Made by a program: the position numbers and the translations under genes
Assembly: GCF_004010195.1 (NCBI RefSeq)
Contig: NW_025214389.1
Coordinates: forward strand, 8,587 to 42,819
Direction of reading: 5' to 3'
Length of the DNA stretch: 34,233 bases
Origin: Chiloscyllium plagiosum
Taxonomy: Eukaryota
The notes under the pieces: generated by a model
What the model saw: the letters and a program-made list of their open reading frames with translations, nothing else
What the model was told of the DNA's origin: nothing
Database searches by the model: none
Part shown: positions 22,345 to 33,869 of the stretch, in pieces
Layout of the letters: each line of letters starts with the position of its first letter
Position numbering within the stretch: the stretch's first letter is position 1

Positions 22345-23960
22345 TTGTCATCATGATCCGCCACATGACATCCTTCTGTGACTTCTGTGTCGTTCGGTGT
22401 AATGTCTTGAGAGTCCGCCAACTCCAATAATATAATCATGTCATTGTAACCTTACTGATCCTGTAATATATATTCTGATCCCTGCAACCGACATCAGCAA
22501 ATGCAGCTATCCTTATCTCTGTAACTCATAAAGTCCGTATCAACTTTCTTTCCCTGGATCTTCTCCATCACCTATAATCCTCCATAGCTATAAAGTATTT
22601 CTCAAATCTTGACAGCTCTCCCCTTCTCTGTAACTACTTGATCCACACAAACCAAATCTTTGCAATCTCCTCCAGTCCATACAACAATCAACGTCACTAA
22701 CTTTTTCTGGCCTGTCAAATCGCTTGATCTGCATCACACATGACAGTGTTCATGAAATATGATAATTTCTCCATCACCTACATCTCTGCCAATGGCTTTT
22801 CTTTGCTCCAGTCCCTATAATTTCCCCCGTTGTGTAACGCACTCTAATGCCTAAATAGCAGTTTAAGATCTTCTTGTCCCTACAATGTTCCTGCCTCTGT
22901 AACCACCTTCAGCCCACAAGGCTCATTACCTCTGCAAAATCCAGATTCCAAATCCATCCCGATCTGTGGAAATACTTACAGACTTCCGTGTCTCTGAAAT
23001 TTCTAAAACATGTCAAAACTGAAATAACTCCACAGTGACTGGAATCTCGTCATCAAATTACTTTGTATTTCTACATGCATGATTCATGACACTGATGCAC
23101 ACGCGCTCAGAGCCGGCTCCCCTCGTGAACAGAGGCCCTGACGATCCTGGATTTTCAGATCGAGCCAGGTTAACAGTCCCAATCAGGGAACAAAATTAAT
23201 GAGGCTTACGTGACTGACGTCGTTCCTTTCACGACAAAAAACACTCCACATATCTCTCCCAGTCTCCGGAATCACGAACAGCTACTACAGCACTTTCTGT
23301 AACATTCTACAAGGAAAGTCACATCCTCTTCAGTAGAACCTCTGCTTATAAATCTCCTGCAGTACCAATGCGAGATTTTTTAATGTTTCTGGAAACTGTT
23401 GATCTCAACTTCTTCGACACAGAACTTCTCTTACTAATCTTTAATCGCATCTCAAAACTCGATCTGCCATATGTCTGTGGCCTTCTCCATAAGGATGAAG
23501 TGGTTTTCGAAGCAGGGAACTTCATAGGGCATGGAGCACTTTACAGAAGTAGGAATGTATGAGAAAGGAGTGGGTTTACAGAGGTGAGAATGGTTATAGA
23601 ACACGAAGGATGTCGCATTTACTGCAATTTGTTGACACAGTAGATAGAATTTTTATTTCTGGTGCTGATAGACACAGAGCGCTAAATCATGTTTTAAATT
23701 GTCCAGGTAAGATATTCCTCAGGTTTCGGGAAAGTTTCCTCTCCATAAGGCTCTTTAGCCAAAATATTGATCTGGCTGGTCCAGCGCCATTTTCACTTCA
23801 ATCAAAACTAAAAACGAAACGTGTCTTTGTAATCGCCTTCAGTCTTTAGAACATTCCATAACCTCCAGCCTTCACGCACCTTCCTGTTACTGTAAACTCC
23901 TCTGGACCTTAGAGCCATCCTGGTCTCTGGCACTTGCTACTATCCCTGAATTTCTTCCGA
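22345..23960 (+). repeat. ~37-bp minisatellite continuation, interrupted by a solo LTR and a short CR1 piece (~23490-23650)
   Basis: ccttatctctgtaactc, ctttgcaatctcctccagtccatacaac, ctctgtaaccaccttcagccc. Confidence 0.7.
23020..23236 (-). mobile_element. solo LTR (~217 bp)
   Basis: Minus strand runs TGtcgtg...gttccctgattgggactgttaacctgg...tgtggagttatttCA; A-rich near-identical flanks (aaaac / aaaaa); resembles a common shark LTR from memory. Confidence 0.6.
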
Positions 23961-24221
23961 ACGTTTCAACAAACCAAATGAAATGATAGCTTTAAAACGT
24001 ATGAACCATTCAGGAGATGTGGCTGCAGTGTGGCCACGAGTGAGAATTATGGTTATTCAAGGGTTTTAACAATTTTTACAGGAATGATAAATGGACCAAC
24101 ACACTGAAGTCGCCCTGTATATTAAGGGCGGAATCAGTAATATTATGATACTCATCAATTGACGCACTACTCCTCAATGCCCTCTCTCGTCTTCCGTGCA
24201 CATTGATCCTGTCAGATATTG

Positions 24222-24422
24222 TTGAAACTTTATTGCTGGAACAGCACAGCAGGTCAGGCAGCATCCAGGGAACAGGAGATTCGACGTTTCGGGCACAGGC
24301 CCTTCTTCAGGCACAGGCCCGAAACGTCGAATCTCCTGTTTCCTGGATGCTGCCTGACCTGCTGTGCTGTTCCAGCAATAAAGTTTCAACTTTGATCTCC
24401 AGCATCTGCAGACCTCACTTTC
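24222..24422. mobile_element. young inverted PLE pLTR insertion with hammerhead core
   Basis: 15-bp TSD tcctgtcagatattg (24207-24221, 24423-24437); 74-bp near-perfect inverted arms 24221-24294 / 24317-24390; right arm nearly identical to 12799-12907. Confidence 0.95.
24279..24310 (-). ncRNA. hammerhead core lacking the 5' arm of stem I
   Basis: CUGAAGA-A-GGGC(CUGU)GCCC-GAAACGUC-gaau, preceded by gugc instead of auuc. Confidence 0.6.
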
Positions 24423-25091
24423 TCCTGTCAGATATTGGTAAACTTTGAAAACTTTTGAAAATATGTACAGAGACTACTCTGTACACTGTCTGTACTGGAT
24501 AACTAATGATTTTTTAAAAGCACGTACTCTGACAATCCGGAGACTACAGGACTTCCGGTGCAGAACTTGGCCCTGTTAAAAAATGTCTTTAGGGATTCTG
24601 CCTCTACTCCACTTCCATACGTGACTTTTATATCCCGACCAACTCTGGGTTAAATAACAACTTACCTCACCAATTGCCTAATATTTCAGCCCATTAAATT
24701 AAATATTCGTCGTTGCAAACAGAGCTCTAGAGTCGGAGCAAGATATTGTCTCCCTCTCTATGCAGGCCTCTGACAACATGTGCACCCCACTCAAATCACC
24801 TGTCAGCATTGTCCATTCAATTGTTCCTCATAACTGCACTTTCACGTTCACAGCTTAACAGATCTCGTCTATACTTTCTACAGCCCTATTCCATCCTTCC
24901 ATGTGATTTGGTGCCCAGATCTGTACGCAGTACGCAAGCTATGACTGAACTCATTATTTCCACAGATTCGGAATAAGCTTCATACTCTTGCATTCTGTAC
25001 ATTGGCTGGATAAAGGAAATATTGATGTGTCTAGCTACTTGCAGGGATCTACCCACACTGAGATATTCTCAGTAGTTGCACATTAATCCTT

Positions 25092-25532
25092 AGAACATAG
25101 AACATAGAACAATACAGCACAGAACAGGCCCTTCGGCCCACGATGTTGTGCCGAACATTTGTCCTAGCTTAAGCACCCATCCATGTAACTATCCAATTGC
25201 CGCTTAAAGGTCACCAAAGATTCTGACTGTACCACTCCCACAGGCAGCGCATTCCATGCCCCACCACTCTCTGGGTAAAGAACCCACCCCTGACATCTCC
25301 CCTATACCTTCCACCCTTCACCTTAAATTTATGTCCCCTTGTATCACTCTGTTGCACCTGGGGAAAAAGTTTCTGACTGTCTACTCTATATATTGCTCTG
25401 GTCATCTTATAAACCTCTATCAAGTCACCCCTCATCCTTCGCCGTTCCAACGAGAAAAGGCCGAGAACTCAAGATCCCTCTGTTCCTCCACCTCACTAAG
25501 AACCCTACCGTTAACCCTGCATTCCTTATTGT
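25092..25532 (-). mobile_element. young HER1/CR1 3' end with internal deletion
   Basis: (agaacat)n tail, ggcccttcggccc stem, ERRRMRGDLIEVYK..RYRGDVRGGFFTQRVV. Confidence 0.92.
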
Positions 25533-26191
25533 CGATGACCACAAATGCCTTGGCTTACAACTCTCGTACTTGCTAGTCTCACTGTTTGTCAACTGCCTGC
25601 CATGGATCTCTTGTCAAATCCACGTAAGACACACTAAGTCACAACTTACTGGTTCAAGACGACAGTGTGACTAATTATGCACAATCTTTCTTGAACATTT
25701 CCAGACCGACTGTCCTGAGGTCTCCGAGACTGTCTCAGTGACTGTTCTTCCAGATTTCCAGCTTCCACCTATTTAGTCCGCACTTTGCTCCTTATTAAAT
25801 AAAGTTGTGGTGTTTGCCCTTCTCCAGTCCTCTTTCATCATCCCTGTGTCCAGTGAGGATTGGACAGCGATGGTCAGTAAAAGGCAGTGGATTTTCTCTT
25901 GGCTCAGTACAACAGAACAGTATGTTAGGCCCTTTAATTATGTTAATCTCCTTCATAAGTCCTCTCTCTGTAAACCTATAACTCCCAATATTTGACACTT
26001 CATCAGAGAGGATACGCCCTATTTTCGTACAGACCGTCAGGGGGCGACATCATCATATGATTTTGTCGAATTTAGTTTCAGTAAAGTCTCAAGCCAACTG
26101 CCTGGATTAACCAAAACGAACCAAATCTCCTGCTGCACGTGTTTATTAAAAATCATCACAATTGGATTCTCATTGCAAAACTGCTCTGGAC

Positions 26192-26410
26192 ATGGCAGAT
26201 GTGGAGATTTAGGGCCCCATTTTGTAGACAAGCACATGAGGTTCTGGTGGATGTCTGGTGCAGGAGAGGGACATTATCTTCTTCCAGGACTGGTAGAGGT
26301 GGCCATGACACCGCACCTGACAGCTTGGTCTGTGAGATGTCAGCCTTCTTGGTGAATACCCAGCAGTGTATGAAAGATGCCTGTGACCTTCTCCTCTCGA
26401 CAGGGGAAGT
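26192..26410 (+). pseudogene. decayed Myb/SANT-like (Myb_DNA-bind_5 type) ORF, probably from a PIF/Harbinger transposon
   Basis: Stitching frames from ATG 26192: RAP/PHFVDKHM, EVLVDV, VQERDIIFFQD, LTAWS, NTQQCMKDACDLL follows the RAPxF..ELEVLV..R.DILF..AW..QC.KK..DL pattern. Confidence 0.6.
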
Positions 26411-26749
26411 GCCTGCATCTTCATTTTGTGTCATCTAGCTCACTCTATCTCTGTTACTGCAATCACCTCCCACAAGCTTATGTTCTTCCACTCCCACTGA
26501 ATGCCGCACCTTCGCTCCTTCTCTCTCTAACCTCTTCCCTGTTCCTCTCCCTAACTCTGGACGGTGTCTGTACTGCCTATTCAGAGACTCAGGACACCGC
26601 GCCGCCTTTCCCCCATCTATATCAGCACTAACAGCTGTGCCAACCATTTTTATCTCCCTTAATACCTTTTGGTAATTTTGTCATCCCGAAGTAGGGCAGA
26701 AAGAACCAAGAGGAATAAGAGTCTCCCCAATGTTCACCTCTTCACACTG

Positions 26750-27140
26750 AATGATCGTTTTTGCAGCTGAGAGCGGCGGGTGTTGAGCGGAAGTGAGGTC
26801 GGAGGACAGAGGCTGTTGGGAAGTTTAGTGTGTTTCATGTAATTAGGTGTGTTCCAGAGAACTCGGAGGAAGGATGCAAAGCAGGACTTCCAGGGTGGTC
26901 ATCTCCATTTTGATTCCGGCTCCGCGGGCTGGACATGGCAGGGACAGGGAGATAATGGACTTGAATGTGTTGCTGAGGAACTGGTGTAGGAAGCAAGGAT
27001 TTAAATTCTTGGATCGCTAGGGTATGTTTTGCGGTAAGGGTAAATTATACAAGGGTAACGAGTTGCACCTTACTAGGTGGGGAACCAGCATTTTGGAGGC
27101 AGGCTTGCCACTCTAACACAGGTGTGTTCCAATTGAGTAA
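26750..27140 (+). mobile_element. CR1 ORF1 (SGNH esterase-like) fragment
   Basis: SRTSRVVISIL..LNVLLRNWCRKQGFKFLD..LYK..ELHL. Confidence 0.85.
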
Positions 27141-27204
27141 TGGGGCGAGGGCAAAAAGAGGAAAGAGAGAATAAGTACAGTTAAGAAAAACAACATAATG
27201 ATGA

Positions 27205-28140
27205 AAGTATTCAAAATTAGCAAATTTGCTGATGACATAAAGCTGGGTGGCAGGGTGAAATGTGAGGAGGATGTTATGAGAATACAGGGTGACTTGGACA
27301 GGCTAGGTGAGTGGACAGATGCATGGCAGATGCAGTTTCAAGTGAATGAATTTGTGTTTACCCACTTTGGTCGGAAGAACAGGAATGCAGATTACAATCA
27401 AAATGGAATCAAGTTACGTAAAGGGGAATTAAAACGAGATCTAGGTGTTCTTGTACATCAGTCAATGACAGCAAGCAAGCATGCAGGTACATCAGGCAGT
27501 GAAAAGATCTAATGACCTGCTGGGATTCATATCAAGAGGAATTGAGTATAAGAGCAAAGAGCTCCTTCTGCAGCTGTACAGGACCCTGCTGAAATCGGTC
27601 CTTAGGTATTATGTGTAGTTTTTGTGTCCAAATGTGAGGAAGGATATTCTGGCTAATGAGGGAGTGCAGCATAGGTTCACGAGGACAATTTCCGGAATGG
27701 CGGGGTTATCATATGTGGAAAGATTGGAGCGACTGGGCTTGTATACACTTGTGTTTCGTAGGACGAGAGGGGATTTGATTGGAACGTATAAGATTATTAA
27801 AGGATTAGACACTCTGGAGGCAGGAAGCATGTTCTCCCAGATAGGTGAATCCAGAACAGAGGAGATAGTTTAAAAATAAAGGATAAGCCATTTGGAACAT
27901 AGTTGAGGAGAAACTTCTTCACCCAGAAGTGGTGTATATATGGAATGTTCTGCCCCAGAAGGCCGTGGAGGCCAAGTTTCTGGATACTTTCAAGAAAGAG
28001 GTGAATAGGGCACTTAAAGGCAGTGGGGATTCGGCAGGAACTGGATACTGATTTTGGATGGTCAGCCATGACCATAATGAATGGTGGTGCTGGCTCGAAG
28101 GGCCGAATGGCCGACTCCTGCACTTATTGTCCATTGCCTT
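27205..28140 (+). mobile_element. CR1 RT C-terminal part + 3' tail
   Basis: KISKFADDIKLGG..IQGDLDRLGEW..WQMQF; RKDILANEGVQHRFTR..RGDLI; tail ggctcgaagggccgaatggcc. Confidence 0.95.
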
Positions 28141-28802
28141 TTGAAGGATCCTGACATTAAAATGCACGACAAGCTAACTGGTCCAAATTCCCGGATTCGT
28201 ATCTGAGACTGCCCTTGACTGTTGGGCTCGGTAACTGATTGTGGAGAATGATAACAAGCTTCCTGTGTTTGTGTCTGTGCTAAACAACAAGACAATACAG
28301 CAGTTGTGTGAGCCTGGCAGCTGTGGCTGAGGGGCAACACTCTAAATGGGACTGTAACGCTCGGCAATAATTCTGTGATCATTCAAGTCATCTCAAAATG
28401 ACTGTGCCCAACAACCCGTGAGCGGCCCAGAGGTGCAGTCCACGATGTGTCCCTGAGCACAATGTCCTTGCAGCAGCATTGCAATGAGATTTCACAGTGC
28501 ACCGTGAGGGGCAACTTTGAAGTACAAAACTATACTCTCAGTGTGTTGGATGTGTGCTGTGATGACATGGTAAAGCTGGCATGTGACAGATGCCAGCGCT
28601 GGTGTGTGACGTATATGCACCCCCTGTCTTTGGGTAGACGTTGTTACCCAAGATAGTCTTCCAGCGGAGCGAGGGGCGAGATGGTGTCACCAGTTACTAC
28701 TTCTGACTTTAATGTCAAATTCATTATATTGAGTGTCCTCACAGTGGGAGAAATGACATGAAGTTTCAAATTAATGAAACGAGATCTGCATTAATCTGAT
28801 TG

Positions 28803-28838
28803 TTATTTATTCATTCATTCATGTATTTATTTATTTAA
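28803..28838. repeat. (ATTT/ATTC)n microsatellite
   Basis: ttatttattcattcattcatgtatttatttattta. Confidence 0.7.
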
Positions 28839-29244
28839 CTTACTTATCATATCTCCTTCAAACGTACCTCACCAATAATTGTTTTTTCTACTCTTGTATA
28901 AAGCTCAAAATATGCCTCTGATGGTTTGGTAAATGCGTATCAGGTAGTCTCTCAGCCACTCATGTCAAAGTGAAAACAAATCAGTTTTGACGAATTTGTC
29001 ATTATGGCTGGATTAGGAAGACTGTCCCCTTTTAATTTTGGGACCACGTTTTCACGGAGCCACTTCAATCTACTCTCGGGATACCTGTCACTGCTCTGAT
29101 TCTGATTTACTTTCTCTTTATTGCTTCCTGTTCACTTGAATGTTGGCTGCTATCGAAATCCTAATGCATTTAGGTTCATTTATTGATCTGAGGAGTTGAG
29201 AATTGTAAACTCATGAGCAAACGTCATTACATCTGACCTTATGA

Positions 29245-30560
29245 AGGAGAAAGCATGCAGATAGCTGGTTTCCAAAGTAACTGCCTTCTTCGTTCGTCTA
29301 GACGATCATGCGTTAAGAAGGTGCTGCATAATAAGCCTTGGAACAGGGAATCTTCTGGATGGTGTACACTGATACCGTTTAGCATCAGGAGTGGAGGAGA
29401 TGGATGTTTGTGGAAGTGACACAAATAAAATGGGCTGGTTTTGTGCTGGTTAAGTCCTGAAATGCAATCCATCACTGGTGTTGGGGGGGGGGGGGGGGTG
29501 CGGCTGGGATGTGAGCACGTGAGTTACTCACTTCAGAATACCTCGACTCTGACTTACCCGTGAACATATTGTCAGTTATGTGTCTAATCGAGGGCAATTT
29601 CTGGTCAATGGTAGCACGCAGGATGGTAATAATCACCGCATTGGAGACTTAGTGAGTATATTGCTTTTGAAATTCAAAAAAGGATGGTTTGTTTCTTTGT
29701 CGTATTATTTATCTAATATTTTTGTTGCATCAACATTACTTGCTATTTATCAGACTTGCAATTGGAACAGACATTAAGTGCGCCTGTCGGGACACAAACT
29801 GAATGATGTTGAACAAGCTGTTGCTGATTGATCACGTTATTAATAACATCTTCCTAAACATTTACATAATAGATGGGTCAGTGACGAGCTGCAATTCAAG
29901 TGCCCTGCTTTTTGTTTGCTGGACGTTCTTGGGCAATCTATCACATTGTAGGTAGATGTCAGTGTTCTTGCTGAAATTGAATAGCTTGCCCAGAGATGTG
30001 GTAATCTCTGGAGTTACTCCCGCCATTTCTTGACATTGTATGGAGTGAATGGAATTCTTTGAAGATTGGGGTTGGTGATGCTGGGCCAACTGAAGGAGGC
30101 CGAAATGGATCATCTGCTCAACCCTACTGGCTAAAAATGTCTACAAATGCGGTAGCTTCGTTTTTATTCCCTGATGTGCTGTGCTCCCCCATAACTGGGG
30201 ATTTTATTGTTGGAGAGCAGCAGCCCACTTCTACTCCAATGCTATCTTTCATTGTCCATTTTCTTGCATGACTACATGTTGAAGGACCGCAGACATAGGT
30301 CTGAAACTCTTGATAATGGGATTACAGAGCTCTCACCATCACTTGCTGATATTGCTATTAATATGCAAGTCGGTCTGCTCTGTTGCTGAAGACAATGAGC
30401 TTTTCCAGGCTGTCCCCTCATATTGACGTCTGGCTGGTTCTGCTCACACCTGGCTTTCTTCACTTTTCATAGTATCAGGGTGGATCCCTGGCTTGATGGT
30501 TACTGTCGAGTGGGAGCTTTGTCAGACGGTGGGGTTGCAGACTTTATTTGTTGTAATGAA
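29245..30560 (-). mobile_element. decayed CR1/L2-clade LINE ORF2 fragments (same family as 17845-18090)
   Basis: aaggtgctg..aagccttgg, tggatggtgtacactg, atagcttgcc, ccgccatttcttga, ggttgatccctggcttgatggt-like motifs. Confidence 0.65.
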
Positions 30561-30661
30561 AAGGATCATGCTCGTCGATCTGTCTACATGCTGATTAAGT
30601 AAACACTACTGAACACACCAGACAAAAACCGTCTCCATCCAAACCGTCTACTCTAAGGGGT

Positions 30662-30884
30662 CATGAATTGGAGATGCCGGTGTTGGACTGGGGTGTACAA
30701 AGTTAAAAATCACACAACACCGGGTTATAGTCCAAGAGGTTTAATTGGAAGCACACCAGCTTTCGGAGCGATGCTCCTTCATCAGGTGATACTATCACCT
30801 GGTGAAGGAGCGTCGCTCCGAAAACTAGTGTGTTTCCAATTAAACCTGTTGGACTATAACCTGGTGTTGTGTGATTTTTAACCT
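30662..30884. mobile_element. inverted PLE pLTR insertion, second family, with two mutated hammerheads
   Basis: ~90-bp arms 30702-30791 / 30793-30882 with 1-nt spacer; cac-CUG(A/G)UGA-A-GGAGC(NUC)GCUCC-GAAA(G/A)CU(G/A)-gug on each strand; imperfect TSD tactctaagggg / tactctgaggag. Confidence 0.85.
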
Positions 30885-32094
30885 TACTCTGAGGAGGTTC
30901 CATTCGATATTGAGAATATTTAAATCACCCATAACAACAACTCTCCTACATTTTTATTTTTCCAAAATCGCCCGTCGATGAGTTCTTCAACATCTCTACT
31001 GCTATTAGACGTCTGGAGAAAACCCCCAATGACACGGCTGTTCCCTTGTTGTTCCTGACTTCCGCCGATGCTCACTCCATAGACAAACCTTCCTCAACAA
31101 CCTTTGTTTCGGTAGCTGAGATGCATCCTCTGATTAGCAATGCGACATTCCTCCTATTTTTCCGCTCTCCCTGTTTTTTTTTTAAACGTTATAAATCCTG
31201 GAACTTCAAGCAACCATTCCTGCCCCTGTGAAACGCACGTCTCCGTTATGGTCATAACATGATAGCGCCAAGTACTGATCCATGTTCTAAGTTCGTCACT
31301 CTTTATTCTGACGCTCCTTGCGTTAAAGCAGACACACTTGATCCGATCCCTTTGATTCATCGCGTGAGAAAACATCCTGAAAGATTCACTACATCCTGTT
31401 ACTACCCCATCTGCAACTGTCGCCTCTCAGATAGTGAGACTGATTCCCACACCCCTGCCATCTCGTTATCACCCTCCCACACCACACGAGCAAATCTCAC
31501 ACAAGGTACATTTATTCCCCTCCAGTTCAGGTTCAACCCGTCCTTCATGTACAAGTCACAGATTCCCTTGAAGGTATCTCAATCTTCGAGGTGTTAAAAG
31601 CCCTCCCTCCTGCACCAGCCTCGCAGCTACGTGTTGAACTGCATTCTCTGACGGTTCCTCACCTCACTATCTCCTGGCACCAGTAGCAAGCACGAGATTA
31701 CTGCTCTACTCGTCCTGCTCTTCAGCTTCCAAATTACCTCTCTGCAATCACTTTTCAGATCCTCAATCTCTTTCCTGGCTATATCATTGGTGCCGATATG
31801 TAACAAGATTTCTGGCGTCTCACCCTGCCCCTTCAGAATGCTGTAAAACCGAATGGCGACAACCAAGACCCTGGTACCTTGGAGGCAGCATACCTTCCTG
31901 GCGTCCCTTTTCTGGCCACAAAATATCCAGTTAATCTATTGTGTCCCCTACCAGCATTGCTTTTCTATTCTCCCCGTTCCCGTCAGACCCGCAGTGCCAG
32001 GCTCAGTGCCAGAAACCTGACAACTATGACTTCGATCTTACCCACTGAAAAAAATCCCGGCAGCCCTCGTTTCTCTCCGCCGTATTACCTCTCT

Positions 32095-32440
32095 GCTCTG
32101 TTCAAAAATGCGTTTTACTCAACTTCGCAGCCGTCCTTTGTCCCTCCCTTGAAACACTCGCCAATTGGAGTACTCGACGCCTGAGCTAAGTGTTTTTTTA
32201 AACTGTTATACTCACGTTCCCAGCAGTCTTTCGCTCCTCCCTCGCAACTCACGAGAAATGGAGGCCTTGACCCCTGAGGTACGTTTTTCAAACGTGATAG
32301 TCAATTTCCCAGCAATCCTTTTCTCCTCCCTCGCACCACTCAGCAAATGGGGGCTTCGACACCTGAGGTAAGTTTTTTACAGTGTTGTACTCACCTTCCC
32401 AGCACACTTTCAGTTACCCCTCGCACCTCTCGGCAAAGTG
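32095..32440. repeat. ~90-bp tandem repeat (3-4 copies) at the LINE 5' end
   Basis: ctgag anchors at 32181, 32274, 32363; recurring ttcccagca..ccctcgca..aaatgg. Confidence 0.85.
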
Positions 32441-32550
32441 AATTGTGGCGGTGGATTATAGACGGAGGTGTTGAAGGTAGCGCATGAATTGCAAGCAAAG
32501 ATCAATTGACAGTACGGAAAACTCAAGCCAAAGTACCAAAATATCATAGT
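32441..32550 (+). mobile_element. Gypsy integrase zinc-binding region remnant
   Basis: Frameshifted YR.EVLKVAHELQA / QLTVRKTQAKV matches the ..AH..GHLGxRKT pattern. Confidence 0.65.
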
Positions 32551-32679
32551 CAGAAAACAATTACAGGGAATCACGGTTATAAGTCATGCAAGCATTTTTA
32601 ATCTTGGGGAGAGACAACAAACATCTGAAGAGATAATATATCTCCACGCTCCCAGGAAAAAAAAATACCATCTATTTAT

Positions 32680-33525
32680 AAATGGTACATGACTGGGCTG
32701 AGGCGTGACAGATGGAGTTCAATTCAGAGAAATCCAAGCTGCTGCATTTTGGGAAAACAAATATTTGCAGGACTTCTACACTTAATAGAAATGTCCTCGG
32801 GAGTGTTGCTGAAGAAAGCAACTTTTGAGTGCAGATTCATAGCTTCTTGAAAGTGGAGTCTCACGTCGAAAGGACAGTGAAGAATGCGTTTGGTATGCTT
32901 TCTTTTATCGGCCATTGTATTGAGTACAGGAGTTGAGAGGTTATGTTGCGACTGTACAAGACATTAATTAGACCAGTAGTTGAATGCTACGTGTGATCCT
33001 GGTCTCCTTCCGCTCGGAAATGTGTTGTGAACCTTGAAAGGGTTCAGAAAAGATTTACAAGGATGTTTCCAAGGTTGCTGATTTTGAGCTGTAGGTAGAG
33101 GCTGAACACGCTGGGGGCTGTTTTCCCTGGAGCGTCGGAGGCTGAGGGGTGACCTTATATATATCTACAAGATTATAAGCCCCATGGACATAAATATACA
33201 AGGTCTATTCCCTGGGGTGGGGGAGTCCAGAACTAGAGGGCATAGATTTATAGTGAGGGGAAAGATATAAACGAGACCTAACGGGCAACCTTTTCACGCA
33301 GAGGGTGGTACATGTATGGAATGAGCTGCCAGAGGAAGTGGTGGAGGCTGATACAATTTCAACATTTAAACGGCATGCGGATGGGGATAAGAATAGGAAG
33401 AGCTTGGAGGGATATGGGCTGGGAGCTGGCAGGTGGGACTAGATTCGTTTGGGATATCTGGTCGGCATGGATGGGTTGGGCTGAAGGGTCTGTTTCCGTG
33501 TTGTATATATCTATGGCTCTATGGC
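32680..33525 (+). mobile_element. CR1/HER1 3' part
   Basis: gatggagttcaat, attgagtacaggagttg, gaggctgaggggtgaccttat, gggctgaagggtctgtttcc, tail tctatggctctatg. Confidence 0.92.
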
Positions 33526-33869
33526 ACGTTCAGCAAATATTTCTGACACCAGAATTCGATGGAGGAAGGCATTCAGAACAGAAGATTTGCAGAGAAAACT
33601 TCCCCGATAGCACAATCAGCAGAGTGGATAGGAGCACTCCACAAGACACAGCCTGTGCGAATTTTCAGAGACTCACTTTTTTTGTTGTTTGCATAGCAAG
33701 TGGATTTATATAAGTAGGAACTGTGCTGTTGAAGCAGAATACAAAATAATTTACTACTTCTTAATTGTAGAGTGTGTGAACGGAATTGATTTCATTTTGC
33801 TATTTTGTTATAACATATTAGTTGGGGGCGTGTTACGAGTCAGGTTATATCCCTTGTCACACTTCATTG

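Larger units (their letters stand above)
30570..32440 (-). mobile_element. 5' portion of a CR1 LINE (5' repeats, ORF1, endonuclease N-terminus)
   Basis: ILKGQGETPEILLHIGTNDI..KLKSRTSRAVISCLLLVP; CVCFNARSVRIKSDELRTWI..MTITET. Confidence 0.92.

Noticed and set aside
24221..24390. MITE or pre-miRNA interpretation of the hairpins (also 30702-30882)
   Set aside because: Arms are PLE pLTR sequence with long TSDs and an asymmetric tail, which fits retro-insertion better
24535..24562. ccggagactacaggacttccgg as a ZNF143/ETS promoter
   Set aside because: Only a partial motif match, no CpG island or adjacent exon
23031..28750. CACAGTG heptamers (23031, ~28493, ~28740) as V(D)J recombination signals
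   Set aside because: No ACAAAAACC-like nonamer at 12/23 spacing and no V/J segments
29483..29498. Poly-G run (G-quadruplex potential)
   Set aside because: Simple homopolymer at a junction in a decayed LINE; length unreliable in a draft assembly
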